Shown piece after piece: positions 11,233-24,100 of a stretch of DNA of 64,000 nt. Origin of the DNA: Macrostomum lignano. Its lineage: Eukaryota. Numbering within the stretch: position 1 is the first letter of the stretch; each line of letters opens with the position of its first letter. Position numbers and translations under genes: made by a program. The DNA lies in the NCBI GenBank assembly GCA_002269645.1, contig NIVC01000646.1:1-64000 (forward strand). The letters run 5' to 3'. The notes beneath the pieces were generated by a model that worked only from the letters and a program-made list of their open reading frames with translations, ran no database searches and was not told the origin of the DNA.

Positions 11233-11749
11233 AGTTTAGTATGCAATTGCAGCTTAGGCTCGGAATTCCCAGCTAGATGGTGTGGAAGTGAAAAAGCTGA
11301 ACAAGTGCACGCAACCTTTGTACAGCGAAGACCGTTTATCTCTAAACGGAAAAGTTAATTTTATGTAGAGCTCGTTAAATCCAGTCAATCATTAGTCAAA
11401 TAAAAATAGTACAAAGCTACTCGTACAATTAATTTTATGGATTTTGTATACTCCACTTTATGAGCTTAAGTTGATATAATAGTCCCTAATTATGCCCTTG
11501 CTTGTTCTCCCCTATCGCAAGTCCAATTTGTGTCGTTCTGTTTGCCATAACCGGCTTCCTGGTGTCACCCAGCAGAATGACGTATCATTTGTCATAGGTT
11601 ACTCGGGCTCCACTTTATGAGCTTAAGTTGACAGGCCTAGACCAGTGGCCATTCTTATACAGAGCACTAGCAATGATTTTTGTGTAATCTTACAATTAAG
11701 CAAAACATAGGCAAATGAGTCATTCACACAAAGGAATCGCTTATACTGC

Positions 11750-12148
11750 CTCTGGCTGAATGGGGAATCGCCTAAACTGTCTATGGCTGAATGGGGAATC
11801 GCTCAGACTGTCTATGGCTGAATGGGGAATCGCTCAGATTGTCTATGGCTGAATGGGGAATCGCTCAGACTGTCTATGGCTGAATGGGGAATCGCTCAGA
11901 TTGTCTATGGCTGAATGGGGAATCGCTCAGACTGTCTATGGCTGAATGGGGAATCGCTCAGACTGTCTATGGCTGAATGCCGAATGGGGAATCGCTCAGA
12001 CTGTCTATGGCTGAATGGGGAATCGCTCAGACTGTCTATGGCTGAATGGGAGATCGCTCAGACTGTCTATGGCTGAATGGGGAATCGCTCAGACTGTCTA
12101 TGGCTGAATGGGGAATCGCTCAGACTGTCTGTGGCTGAATGGGGAATT
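11750..12148. repeat. 31-bp array (ctatggctgaatggggaatcgctcagactgt)n, ~13 copies
   Basis: Directly visible. Confidence 0.97.
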
Positions 12149-12692
12149 TGTCTGTGAATTTACGAAAATTGCAAAGAAGTTACAAGAAAGCAAAACAATA
12201 AAATGACTTCAAGGTTTTGCTTCAAAATCAATTGGTCATAAAAATAGTTCCAATAGACAGGATTGTATTGTAGAAAAGCACGGCCAAATATCCGCTAGAA
12301 ATGGATAAGATTTATTTGAAAATAATGTTAAGCAAAACAACAAAACATAACTGCAGATGTAATTTTAAACTTCTGCTAAAAGAATTGCATATGACAAATC
12401 CGTACTGCGCCGCAGCGCAAATGTTAATCGAATACAGAAATATAAAACTCATGACAAACAGAATTGTGTTAACAGTCAAACTCTAACCGAAGGCAATTGG
12501 AAGATTTGAATTTTGTTAGAAAAAATAGTTGCAATATACTTGTATTTCTACTTGCAGTAGTAGAGTAGTGCGCTAACTGATCGGCAATTTTCCAAGAGAT
12601 ATTCGCTTGTGATCATGACAGTTTCTTGATTAAAAGTCAGTCAGTTGCACTCTTCTATGGTTCTAAAAGCAATTGAATCCTAAATCACAACT

Positions 12693-13305
12693 CTCACTGA
12701 TATTGTCTAGGCAGTGATTTTCACTGAGATTGTCTAGGCAGTGATTCTCACTGAGATTGTCTAGGCAGTGATTCTCACTGAGATTGTCTAGGCAGTGATT
12801 CTCACTGATATTGTCTAGGCAGTGATTAATCACTGAGATTGTCTAGGCAGTGATTCTCACTGATATTGTCTAGGCAGTGATTCTCACTGAGATTGTCTAG
12901 GCAGTGATTCTCACTGAGATTGTCTAGGCAGTGATTCTCACTGAGATTGTCTAGGCAGTGATTCTCACTGAGATTGTCTAGACAGTGATTCTCACTGATA
13001 TTGTCTAGGCAGTGATTCTCACTGAGATTGTCTAGGCAGTGATTCTCACTGAGATTGTCTAGGCAGTGATTATCACTGAGATTGTCTAGGCAGTGATTCT
13101 CACTGAGATTGTCTAGGCAGTGATTCTCACTGAGATTGTCTAGGCAGTGATTCTCACTGAGATTGTCTAGGCAGTGATTCTCACTGAGATTGTCTAGGCA
13201 GTGATTCTCACTGAGATTGTCTAGGCAGTGATTATCACTGAGATTGTCTAGGTAGTGATTCTCACTGAGATTGTCTAGGTAGTGATTCTCACTGAGATTG
13301 TCTAA
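12693..13305. repeat. 27-bp array (ctcactgagattgtctaggcagtgatt)n, ~23 copies
   Basis: Directly visible; each unit has an internal inverted repeat tcactg/cagtga. Confidence 0.98.
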
Positions 13306-13556
13306 TTTAAAATACTTTAAGAGTAATCTTGGTCAGCTTTTAATCAACGATCACAAATTAAGGCACAAGTACAGCCATATTAACAAACTAATTGAGCTGG
13401 AGGGGAATCATAATGAATTATAAAACACAGTTAGCATTTATATTCTGATAAGCCAGTAATCTTAGTTAGAAAAATACATCTAATGCAAAATTCATCATTA
13501 AATTACCAAACTAAAATTGCTAATTAGATTTCTGGACATCATTTTTGAATAACAGA

Positions 13557-14066
13557 TCCCAGATGACCTTAATCCCCGGATCCCAGATGACCCTAATCCC
13601 GGATCCAGATGACCCGAATCCCGGATACCAGATGACCCTAATCCCGGATACCAGATGACCCTAATCCCGGATACAAGATGACCCTAATCCCGGATACCAG
13701 ATGACCCTAATCCCGGATACAAGATGACCCTAATCCCGGATACCAGATGACCCTAATCCCGGATACAAGATGACCCTAATCCCGGATACCAGATGACCCT
13801 AATCCCGGATACCAGATGACCCTAATCCCGGATACAAGATGACCCTAATCCCGGATACCAGATGACCCTAATCCCGGATACCAGATGACCCTAATCCCGG
13901 ATACCATATGACCCGAATCCCGGATACCAGATGACCCTAATCCCGGATACCAGATGACCCTAATCCCGGATACCATATGACCCGAATCCCGGATACAAGA
14001 TGACCCGAATCCCGGATCCAGATGACCCTAATCCCGGATACCAGATGACCCTAATCCTAGATACCG
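13557..14066. repeat. 23-bp array (ccagatgaccctaatcccggata)n, ~22 copies, downstream of SPTLC2
   Basis: Directly visible. Confidence 0.97.
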
Positions 14067-14270
14067 GCTTCATGGCCCATGCAACAATCAGAAACAGAGG
14101 CCCGCAGAATTTGTCACAAGTAAACTTGGCCCTTCAGATGGAGACTTCAAAAATGAATAGATCTGGGAGTAATATGATAAAGCATTATTTGACACAGTTG
14201 TCCAGTTTTTTACTGTCTAAACAAGTCAAGTAAAGCCACTAATCTCCCGTCACTAGTAATAGTTTAAATT

Positions 14271-14447
14271 TCAAGCGCCAATCAAAGCCACGCCATTGGC
14301 GCTTGACGCCACGTGAGTTGGCGCCAGCGGGCGGGAGAACTCGGCCAGCTGAGCCTCCGCCCAGGCCCTGGTCCGGTCCCGAGTCCAATCGGGAGGCTGT
14401 CTCCGACTGTAGCGAATGCGCAGCAGCCGGCTCAGCTTGTCGATCAC
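14271..14447 (-). CDS. SPTLC2: Serine palmitoyltransferase subunit 2, exon 5 (last)
   Basis: cag|VIDKLSRLLRIRYSRR... to TGA at 14271-14273; phase 0. Confidence 0.85.
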   Translation of the reverse strand: MIDKLSRLLRIRYSRRQPPDWTRDRTRAWAEAQLAEFSRPLAPTHVASSANGVALIGA

Positions 14448-14818
14448 CTGCGCACAGTTTAAATGGGTAAGGAAATACAGCACGTTAAAGTCACCGATAT
14501 GTAGCGTTATTAAAGTAACTCAGAGGAAAAAAAATTTAATGCAAAATTTCTTATACAAAAAACTTAAGAAGCAATTTTGATAAGCTATCATCTGCCAAAC
14601 TTTCCAGTGGGGCTAAAGATAAGAGAAATTCATAAGCACAAATTATGTGTTCAGTTAGCTCTCACTCCAGTAGCGCGTGCCCTCTAATAGAGTCAGTCTA
14701 CAGGTTAAGTATTGGGGGTGAGGGCCCTAGATGGACTGCCTTATTCTAAAGTTCAAAGTTACTCGCTTTTTTGTAGGACTGAATTTATGTTACATAAGTC
14801 ATTTATGAATGCTAATAG

Positions 14819-15260
14819 CTGACTGATCAATGACTGACTGACTGACTGACTGACTGACTGACTGACTGACTGACTGACTGACTGACTGGCTGACTCACTG
14901 ACTGACTGACTGACTGATTGGGTGATTGACTGACTGACTGACTGATTGGCTGATTGACTGACTGACTGGTTGATTGACTGACTAACTGACTGACTGACTG
15001 ACTGACTGACTGACTGACTGATTGACTGACTGACTGGTTGATTGACTGACTAACTGACTGACTGACTGACTGACTGACTGACTGACTGACTGACTGACTG
15101 ACTGACTGACTGGCTGACTGACTGACTGACTGACTGACTGACTGACTGACTGACTGACTGATTGGCTGATTGACTGACTGACTGGTTGATTGACTGACTA
15201 ACTGACTGACTGGCTGACTGATTGGCTGATTGACTGACTGACTGGCTGACTGACTGACTG
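14819..15260. repeat. (ACTG)n microsatellite in SPTLC2 intron 4
   Basis: Directly visible; source of the SQSV tail of ORF 14827..15960. Confidence 0.98.
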
Positions 15261-15294
15261 ATATTTTAAATAGCAGAGAGCGCAGAAGACAGAC

Positions 15295-15936
15295 CTGCAC
15301 GCTGCGGTCAATCATGTCCAGACTGTGCGCAGCGGACAGGCAGATGCGGGCCCTGGCCTCGATGATCGGCGTGGCGGGATAGCCGACCACAACAATGCCC
15401 AGCCCGTGGGCCAGAGACAGCCTTGCAAAGGCGGCCACCTTGCCGGGCATGAAGATCATGAAAGGCACCACCGGGCTGTCCCTATCGCCGTAAACAATGA
15501 GTCCCAGCTGGTGCAGCCGGGCCCGCATGTACTGCGCATTGACTGACAACTGACGAAGTCGCCGCTTGCCCTCGTCGGGCGGGCCGGCCCTGCCTAGCAG
15601 GATGTTCAACGCCGTGAGAATCTGCGCCGCCACGGGGGCGGGCATTGATGCGCCGTAGATGGCACTGTGGCTGGACTGCCTCACGTGCCGGACGAGCCTG
15701 GAGCTGCCGGCGATGTAGCCGCCGGCGCCGCCGAAGCTCTTAGTGAAGGTGCCCATTAGAACGTCGACGTCGCGAGGATCGCAGCCATAATAATCCACAA
15801 CTCCGCGACCGCTGGTGCCCAGGGCTCCGATTGAGTGCGCCTCGTCTAAGTACAGATAGGCCTGGTAGCGCTTTTTCAGGGCAATGATCTCGGGCAAGCG
15901 GACTATGCTGCCCTCCATGCTGTACACGCCTTCCAC
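15295..15936 (-). CDS. SPTLC2: SPTLC2 exon 4 (PLP-binding lysine)
   Basis: VEGVYSMEG, YLDEAHSIGA, GTFTKSFG (LCB2 PLP-Lys motif), VVVGYPATP, RARICLSAAH; 642 nt, cag|...|gt. Confidence 0.96.
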
Positions 15937-16100
15937 CTGCGGGGCGTCCGGCTGGCGCATTACATGCTATTGGGGTGGATTGCAGGCGTGCGGGATCTAT
16001 GGGGTAAGGGTAGGATTAAGGGATAAGCATCGGTAACAGATGAGTTCTTCATCTACGCTCATCATTTCATGCTGCATGCTATCTCATCTCCCATCCTCTG

Positions 16101-16313
16101 ACTGTTTTGAATAGATATATATATATATATATAGATAGACAGATAGATAGATAAACAGATAGATGGATAGACAGATAGATAGATAGATAGATAAACAGAT
16201 AGATAGATAGATAGGTAGATAGATAGATAGATAAACAGACAGATAGATAGATAGACAGCCAGACAGATAGATAGACAGCCAGACAGATTTATAGACAGCC
16301 AGATAGATAGATA
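16101..16313. repeat. (AGAT)n/(AT)n microsatellite in SPTLC2 intron 3
   Basis: Directly visible. Confidence 0.97.
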
Positions 16314-16351
16314 GACCAGACCTCACAAGGCAGGCTGCCAACCCAACGCAC

Positions 16352-16663
16352 CACAATGAGTATCTTAGTAAACGGCCGCCTAGTCCTGGCCTGGCCATAG
16401 ACAATGGCCTCCCTGAGCTTGGCCTCTAGATCTGCCGGATTATTGTGCTTAAATATTTTGATAGTGGCGCCGGTTAGTCGAGAGCCGAGCACCAGGGAGC
16501 TGTGATTGAGCTCATCAGATAGGATGCAGCAGCCCTTGCCAACCAGGGCGGCCATGTTGAGGGCGTTAGTGGCGAATCCCATAGGGAATACAATGGCGTC
16601 CTCCGTGCCCAGGTACTCGGCCATGGCCCGCTCCAGCTGAGTGTGAATATTTAGACTGCCGAC
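16352..16663 (-). CDS. SPTLC2: SPTLC2 exon 3
   Basis: [40 protein letters not shown]; 312 nt, phase 0/0. Confidence 0.96.
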
Positions 16664-16824
16664 CTGGCAAGCGTTGATGTCGGATTGGTAGAATAATTAA
16701 GGTGGGGAGCGCGAACCAAGGACTCTCAACGAATGGAAACGTTTGAAGAATCTACTAATACTAATACGTCTTGGTGCCTAAAAATAAAAAGAGCAAAGTA
16801 CTATACCGTATATTAGGCGCCACT

Positions 16825-17255
16825 AATTCATGTATTAAGGTACTGAATCATGTATTAACGTCACTAAATCATGCATTAAGGTCATTGGATCATGTATTAA
16901 GGTCACTGAATCATGTATTAAGGTCACTGAATCATATATTAAGGTCACTGAATCATGTATTAAGGTCACTGAATCATGTATTAAGGTCACTAAATCATGT
17001 ATTAAGGTCACTAAATCATGTATTAAGGTCACTAAATCATGTATTAAGGTCACTGAATCATATATTAAGGTCACTAAATCATGTATTAAGGTCACTGAAT
17101 CATGTATTAACGTCACTAAATCATGTATTAAGGTCACTGAATCATGTATTAACGTCACTAAATCATGTATTAAGGTCACTGAATCATGTATTAAGGTCAC
17201 TGAATCATGTGTTAAGGTCACTGAATCATGTGTTAAGGTCACTGAATCATGTATT
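16825..17255. repeat. 21-bp array (aggtcactgaatcatgtatta)n in SPTLC2 intron 2
   Basis: Directly visible, ~20 copies. Confidence 0.97.
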
Positions 17256-17298
17256 GAGCGATACTAAATCCCATTTATTAATAGCAAATAGACGTCAC

Positions 17299-17595
17299 CT
17301 CAGTCCGCGAGCTACCGACCCCGCAGCCGTACATCTCCGTGGCGGCGACGGCCGCGTCAGCGCAATAGCCGGACGACTCAGCGAATCCAAGGTAATTATA
17401 GCTGCCAAAGTTCACCGCCCGGGTGGTGCTGCCCGGATAGCGGAATGTCCAGCCGTAGTCCGGGCTGTCGCGGTCCATCACCTCGAACTCGGCGCCGGGG
17501 CAGGTGGTGATTGGCCGGTTCCAGCAGTCGCGAATCCGCCGGTAGAGATTGCGGGTAAAGAATGACTCGAAGTTTTGGTAGAGCGGGACAAAGCT
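17299..17595 (-). CDS. SPTLC2: SPTLC2 exon 2
   Basis: PLYQNFESFFTRNLYRRIRDCWNRPI, NFGSYNYLGFAE; 297 nt, phase 0/0. Confidence 0.96.
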
Positions 17596-17689
17596 CTGCT
17601 CGATTGGGGATCAATTGAGTTCGCACTGGGTTGGATCTTTTATTAAACTGCTTTTTTCGCTGCAAAAACACGATCTGGGGTGTAGAGGC

Positions 17690-18205
17690 GGCTGGCCCAG
17701 CAACTGAGGATCTGGGAGGCTGGCCCAGCAACTGAGGATCTGAGAGGGTGGCCCAGCAACTGAGGATCTGGGAGGCTGGCCCAGCAACTGAGGATCTGGG
17801 AGGGAGGCTGCTCTAGCAACCGAGGATTTGGAAGGCTGGCCCAGCAACTGAGGATCTGAGAGGTTGGCCCAGCAACTGAGGATCTGAGAGGTTGGCCCAG
17901 CAACTGAGGATCTGGGTGGCTGGTCTAGCAACCGAGAATTTGGAAGGCTGGCCCAGCAACTGAGGATCTGAGGCTGGCCCAGCAACTGAGGATCTGAGGC
18001 TGGCCCAGCAACTGAGGATCTGGGAATCTGGGTGGCTGGTCTAGCAACTGAGGATTTGAAAGGCTGGAACAGAAACTGAGGATCTGGGAGGCTGGCCCAG
18101 CAACTGAGGATATGGGAGGTTGGCCCAGAAACTGAGGATCTGGGAAGCTGGCCCAGCAATTGAGGATCTGGGAGGCTGGCCCAGCAACTGAGGATCTGGG
18201 AGGCT
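17690..18205. repeat. 28-bp array (ggctggcccagcaactgaggatctggga)n in SPTLC2 intron 1
   Basis: Directly visible; reverse complement of the array at 29346-29840. Confidence 0.97.
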
Positions 18206-18962
18206 GGTGCTCACCCAGACTGAGAACCTAGAGAGTAATGACAATTAGAAGATGTTTATCGCAAGGTAAAAGTGTGTACTGTTTCTAAATACCTTAATGC
18301 TAGCTAAAATATTAAAAGAATCAGTTTTTGTCTATTTTCATTTTAAAAAGTGGGTACAACGTGCATCTTGTAGATAAACGTTTTAACTATCTCTTTCCAT
18401 CATCCTATTCATATAATATACAATGCATGCCAGTTCTTTAACAACAGTAATAGAAAATGAAACTGCTAAAAAAACTATTTTTAGAACACGCAAATATCCA
18501 AGGCATTTACGACAAACGAGATAGCACCATATACTATATCGAAACAAGACGGCTTGCAGAATGCAGAAAAAACTGAAACTCCAAGTAGAAAAAAGGCTCA
18601 TTTCTTTCGAAAGCGGCACTTCTAGAAATGAGCAATTCTTGAATTGATCTCACGTACTCACCCAGAGGATCGCATCGCAGTGCATTTCGGTGCAAGATTA
18701 TAACTTATCCGTTTCTTCTTTACTGCTTCTTATAATGGTTCTTACATGCTTTATTATAGGCTTCTTATAACTTATCCTTCTTCTTCACACTGCTCTTATA
18801 AAGCAAAAAAGAAAATACTAACAATACATCCGTGATATAACTGTAGAAATAAAACAGATGCTCCTCAATACTCCTTATCCATATTGGCAATCATTTAATT
18901 CACAATGCTTTGCAATAATTACTTATGTATTTAAATATTTTACAAAGCAAACAACAAAATAC

Positions 18963-19124
18963 CTTAGTCCGATCTGGCTCTGTTGCAATCATATTAGCCT
19001 CAAATCCTTTGTTGCGTAGGAAGTCTCTAATGTGGCCAAACACAGCCAGCAGCACATAGGAGATGTAAGTGACAATTGCCTCAATATATGGAGTTGGCTC
19101 CTCTGAATGGTCATTGTCTGCCAT
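18963..19124 (-). CDS. SPTLC2: SPTLC2 exon 1 (first coding exon found)
   Basis: MADNDHSEEPTPYIEAIVTYISYVLLAVFGHIRDFLR...K|gtatt; 162 nt; matches the LCB2 N-terminal hydrophobic segment. Confidence 0.9.
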
Positions 19125-19614
19125 CTGGAAAATGATAAGAATGTGTAATATTACAGCTATTATATAAAAGGAATTTTAGCAAAGGAGTTACTATTAAAAC
19201 ATAAAAAGTAAAATAACATTTTTGAAACACTTTATTGCTTTATCTTTGATGTTTATGGAGTTGCATTCCATAAATTCTATTTTAATGCTTCTGTATCCTA
19301 TGGCTTGTATATTGCACTTTTGGGCCATTTTTGTATCTATGTAGTGTGCATCTGCAGGTTTTGCAAACTTATTCTAATATGGCTAATTATAATACTATAG
19401 ATATATGTATTTTGGATAAAAATGGTAATCAATAAATAACTAATCTATTGAAATAAACTATCAAAGCCCATGGATATGCGCCAAGCATTGCTAATATAAG
19501 GGGCAAATGGGGTTAAAAGCTGGAATAACCATGATCAAATTGCCTCATCAGCTAATAAGTAGGTGAATCCTGCACTGTTTGTCCAGTTTCATTAAATAAA
19601 TGATGGGATTAACT

Positions 19615-19911
19615 CATACATGCGCAACAGTCGGCCGAGTCGGCCGATCCGGCCGACCGATTTGGCGGCCAATCAAGGAAGTCGCAAAAATGCCCACCCA
19701 AAAAATAACCTGAAGAGTAGTTCTAAGTAGCTGACGAGGCATTTTAGCTTAATAAAACAGTCATAGTTACTCCTGCCGTTTACCCAAAGTTGCGTTAATT
19801 TTGCTTTCGGGTTTTTTTATATGTAAGTCGCATTTTGGCCAAAAACTACGTCGCATTTTTGTTAAAACTAAGTCGCACGGCTGACCGAATTTTGGAGGTT
19901 GCACATGTATG
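19615..19911. mobile_element. MITE, 297 bp, 8-bp TSD (hAT- or P-like)
   Basis: TIRs catacatgcgcaac / gttgcacatgtatg (13/14 match); identical flanks gattaact at 19607-19614 and 19912-19919. Confidence 0.88.
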
Positions 19912-20901
19912 GATTAACTACATTCAACTTGTCTAATCTATCTAAACCATTGTCTTATAGTTTTTATTAATTTAGCTAACAAGCAGTTTACTAATTTTCA
20001 CTTAGTAGAAATTTGCAGAAAATGCAAAACTTTGTGTGCCTCCTCTAGCCTATTCCTGCAGACTGGCTGTCATTAAAATGTTTCTCAAATTAAAGCTGCT
20101 GTGACAAATTGGCTGCTTCTCAAGGCTGTGCAGGTGATGAAAGCCATTGGCAACTTAGTGCAACCAGAGGGATAGCACAAGTGCACTACACTTCAACATG
20201 TAGTCACTTCTGTGCATTACCCTTTATGTGTGCACTACCCCTTTAATGTTCCATCCCTTTGGCATGTCATTTTTTTGTGCAAAGTCATTTTATCTGCTAC
20301 TTTTTTGTCTAGTGGTAGACAAAACAACTTGTTTTAGAAAAAGTAAAATATGGCTATATAAACTATTAAGACATTTTTATGATAAGATATAGAAAGTTAT
20401 AAAAATATAAATAATGATGTATATTTTTTTGCATGGGTAATTTTGCTTATTGCAATTCTTTCTTTATAAAAGTATGATATAAAATATAAACATGCATTAA
20501 GAATATAATTAAACAATTTATCAATATAGAAAATAGAGACTGCAAAAGTTAAATAAAATTGGCCAATAGTTTCAACATTGATTTAAGTACTAGCCCTAGC
20601 CAATGTCCAATGATAATAATGTATTGCTTTCCTTATTACAAAGCCTATCTATTATAAAGGGGTCCATAAGAATTGCCTATAGACAAATTACCTACTAAGA
20701 TTTGCCTGCAGTGCATTTTTCCCACAAGTGAATTGCCTGCAAGCTAATTGCTTGGCGAGTTCCCCCCCAGGTTTGTCTGCAATTCTTTTTAATTGCAATG
20801 CATTTAGTTGCGTGGCAGATTTGTTTGCATTGTTCCCTTCAGTGAAGGCAATTAAAAATTTCAATGCATACATAGCCAAAGTATAAGTGTACAAATGAGA
20901 G

Positions 20902-21166
20902 CAGGGGCGTAGCCAGGATTTTTTTGGGGGTATCGGTTAGCTGTTATTAGAAAGCAAGGGCTTGAGATCCACATATCCCCTTAATGTATTTCTAGTGCAT
21001 AATACATATAATTACTCTATTTGTTTGTTAATTGTTATTCTTTCGATTTGGATACCTTTCTCTTCCTTAACAGTCACAATTGCAACTGAAAAAAGGAAAA
21101 AAAATGTTGCTTTGGAAATTTGGGGATATTGGCCGATATATCGATACCCCCCTTGCTACGCCCCTG
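20902..21166. mobile_element. hAT-type MITE, 265 bp, 8-bp TSD
   Basis: TIRs caggggcgtagc / gctacgcccctg; identical flanks aatgagag at 20894-20901 and 21167-21174. Confidence 0.9.
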
Positions 21167-24100
21167 AATGAGAGTTGGAAAAGATTTTTACAGAGTACAA
21201 AGAATTATAAAGTAAGTTATAATAAAAGTATTACACTAATTTAAAATAGGCATAATAATAGACCCAATACAAAAACCATTAGAAATTACATTGTTTTAAT
21301 GAATTCAACTTTTCCTTCATTTATAAAAACTATAAATATATAAAACTAAAATTACATTTTAGGTTGATAGTCATTTTGTCTGCTGCCAGTTTGTTTGCCA
21401 CCCTTTTGTCTGCAAAAATACAATGTAGTCATTTTGTTTGCCAACAAAATATTAAATATCGCATTAGTACCTGCATGTGTTTAACTTATTTATCACAAAA
21501 TTAACGCGAAAGTTGAAACAAATTATAATACAGTTTAGCAAGAAAATTTAACAATATGTGGAAATATATTATTTAAGATGTTAATTGTTAAACTAATTGT
21601 TACTAATTTAATTACCAAAGAAATATAGTGTTGATACTGATAGTCGTAAATCTGCTTTGTTACCGAAGTGGTCATTTTTATACCAAAATGGCAGGTACCA
21701 AAGTGGCTATCACCGAAGTGGATTGTATTCATGATAACCTTAAACGCAGACTCGGTTACCTTAGTCACAGCTTAGTGTCGATTCTTAAATTGCGGATCAG
21801 GCAATAAGTCAAGTGTAACGTCGTCGCTTCTGTATTGAAAATGTTCAATTTCGTATTTATGGTTTTTGCAATTAATATTTAAAACTATATCTATTTTGGT
21901 CTAATGTTTGTAACTATTTTTTAGTTACTTTCCCCATTTGGTTTAATTTTGTTTTTCTATTTTCAATTAGTGCAGTTATTCAAATTTTGCTTCTTGATAG
22001 TTTTTGTGTAGTGTCCTGCGCTCTGTGTGTTGGTCTTAGGTCCCGTAGGCTGGGTGGCATTAGCATTATATTATCGTCTCAGATTACCCTTTGGTAAATA
22101 GTTGGCATTGCCATACTGCTTCTGACCTACTCACCATTATTCAGACTAGCAATTGAGTTGTTAAATTAATAATACGTATATTGGCCTAGGACAAGATCAA
22201 CACTCAGACTCAGCACGCGCACGCGCATCAGTCCCATGTTCTCGAACTAAATAAACTCGTCACACAAGCCTGTGGTCATCCAGTTGCAGTCAAAAAAGAG
22301 CCAAAACAGAAACTCAAAAGTCATATGCATAAAAAGCAATTTAAAAGAAAAATACATCACTAAAAACTAATATTTTTAAGTTACAGCAAAAACTTTAAAA
22401 GAAGAGTAGAGTTTAATCATTAATTATTTGTTTAGCTGGGACTTTTCTAACAATGTGAAGTTCGGTTTTGATCGGCGCGGCCTTTCAATTCTTGTATCAA
22501 TTTATGTGGTACGACGTCTACTACATCACACGTACCAGTGGTACAAGTACAACCAAGGGTGATGGCCAGTTCCGTGGTCCTAGGCGTCAGAACTGACTTA
22601 AATGACCATATTTACATGTACTTTATTTAAACAGAGGGATGTTTTTGCACAACACGATAAATTTCAAAATGGACCTGGTCTGGTCCTAAGCCTAGGCCCC
22701 CTAGGCCCTAGTCACCTAGTGTAGGATAATGTGCAACCAACAGAGAGCCAGAGCAAAAAGTGGTGCAACTGTAAAGCAAGAAAGATAATTTTAAAAAATT
22801 GCCAAGAATATGCAACATTAATGCTATACGCTATAGTATAGAGTATAATTATCAAAAACTTGAATTGAAAGAAAACTGAATAGGACTAGGACCTACTCAA
22901 TAGACTACAATATTTTAATTATTGGATAGTTATTATAAACAAATAGAATGTTTCTGGAAAGCAATAATGAGCATTTTAATAATATCTTTTTGTAAATATG
23001 TTGGCTTGGCATTAGCATTGCTTTAGTTGTTTTGGCTAAACATTTGTAGTCATCATTTATTGCACAACAATCATTGTTTTAGACACAAGTAAGCCTATAT
23101 GACAATTTATAGGTCTAGTGCAGAAATTATAAATATAAATTAGAGCCTATATAGACCCCTATAGTCTAGAAGAAGGTATATATGCTAGAAATTTCCAGGG
23201 TACATTTAAGAAATTTGGTATATATATTGTTGATATATAAAAGAAAAAGTGATTTTGAGCTTTTGGTATATAGTATACAAATTTTTAATTTTGGTATATG
23301 ATATGTACCAAAAATTATAAAATATATTATAAATAATAGTTACAATAAGTTGTCTATATAGAGTGTCCAGCGAGCCTATTTTTAGCATGTGCAAAACCGA
23401 AAAATGGTAAAAAAGTGGTCTTCTTTAAATGTATGTAACTTTTTAAATATTTGAGATATGACCACGTTCTTATATTCATTGAAAAGAAGGCAAACAGATG
23501 TTTTAAACGACATATAGTTTTCATGTTTGGGACATACGATTACAAAGATACAGCCTGTCAAACATTGTGTACATTTTCGTACATTTTCAAAACTGTGCCG
23601 AATTTGCTTGAAAATATGGGATCGAGAGGATTCGTTTTTTAGTAAATGAGTGTATAACTGCTAAGAATGCTTGCACACTGAGTGTAGGTAACTTCCTGGA
23701 GGTCATTTTAAGTGAACTTTTTTTGTTCAAAAATATGTACATGTACATGTACATGTACATGTAAAATTTAAAATGGCCATAACTTTTGAATGGAAAGAGC
23801 GGCCACCCTAATTCTTTTTGCTACTTACTTCTAGGGACAAAATGAAACTTTTAGGCAAGACAAGATGAGTGTAACTCTTGCCGCAGTATGCTTAACAGAA
23901 ATCGTCAAAATGCATGCAAATCCCCATAAGAGACATTAAAATCGGGAAATTTTCGAAGCTCAAAAGAATGGCCAGTTAGTTTCTTCGATAAAATGATGGC
24001 AAAACAGGCCAAAATCTTTGTCCTAAAGGCACATACTGATAACTTTTGCCGCACCAACGTTATTAAGCATAATTGGCACAGGTGTACATGCAAAATACAC

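Noticed and set aside
13557-14066. Telomere-like CCCTAA in the 23-bp unit
   Set aside because: One hexamer per unit, with no tandem TTAGGG tract.
14827-15294. Poly-SQSV C-terminal extension of the SPTLC2 ORF
   Set aside because: Read-through into the (ACTG)n intron; the true C-terminus is in exon 14271-14447.
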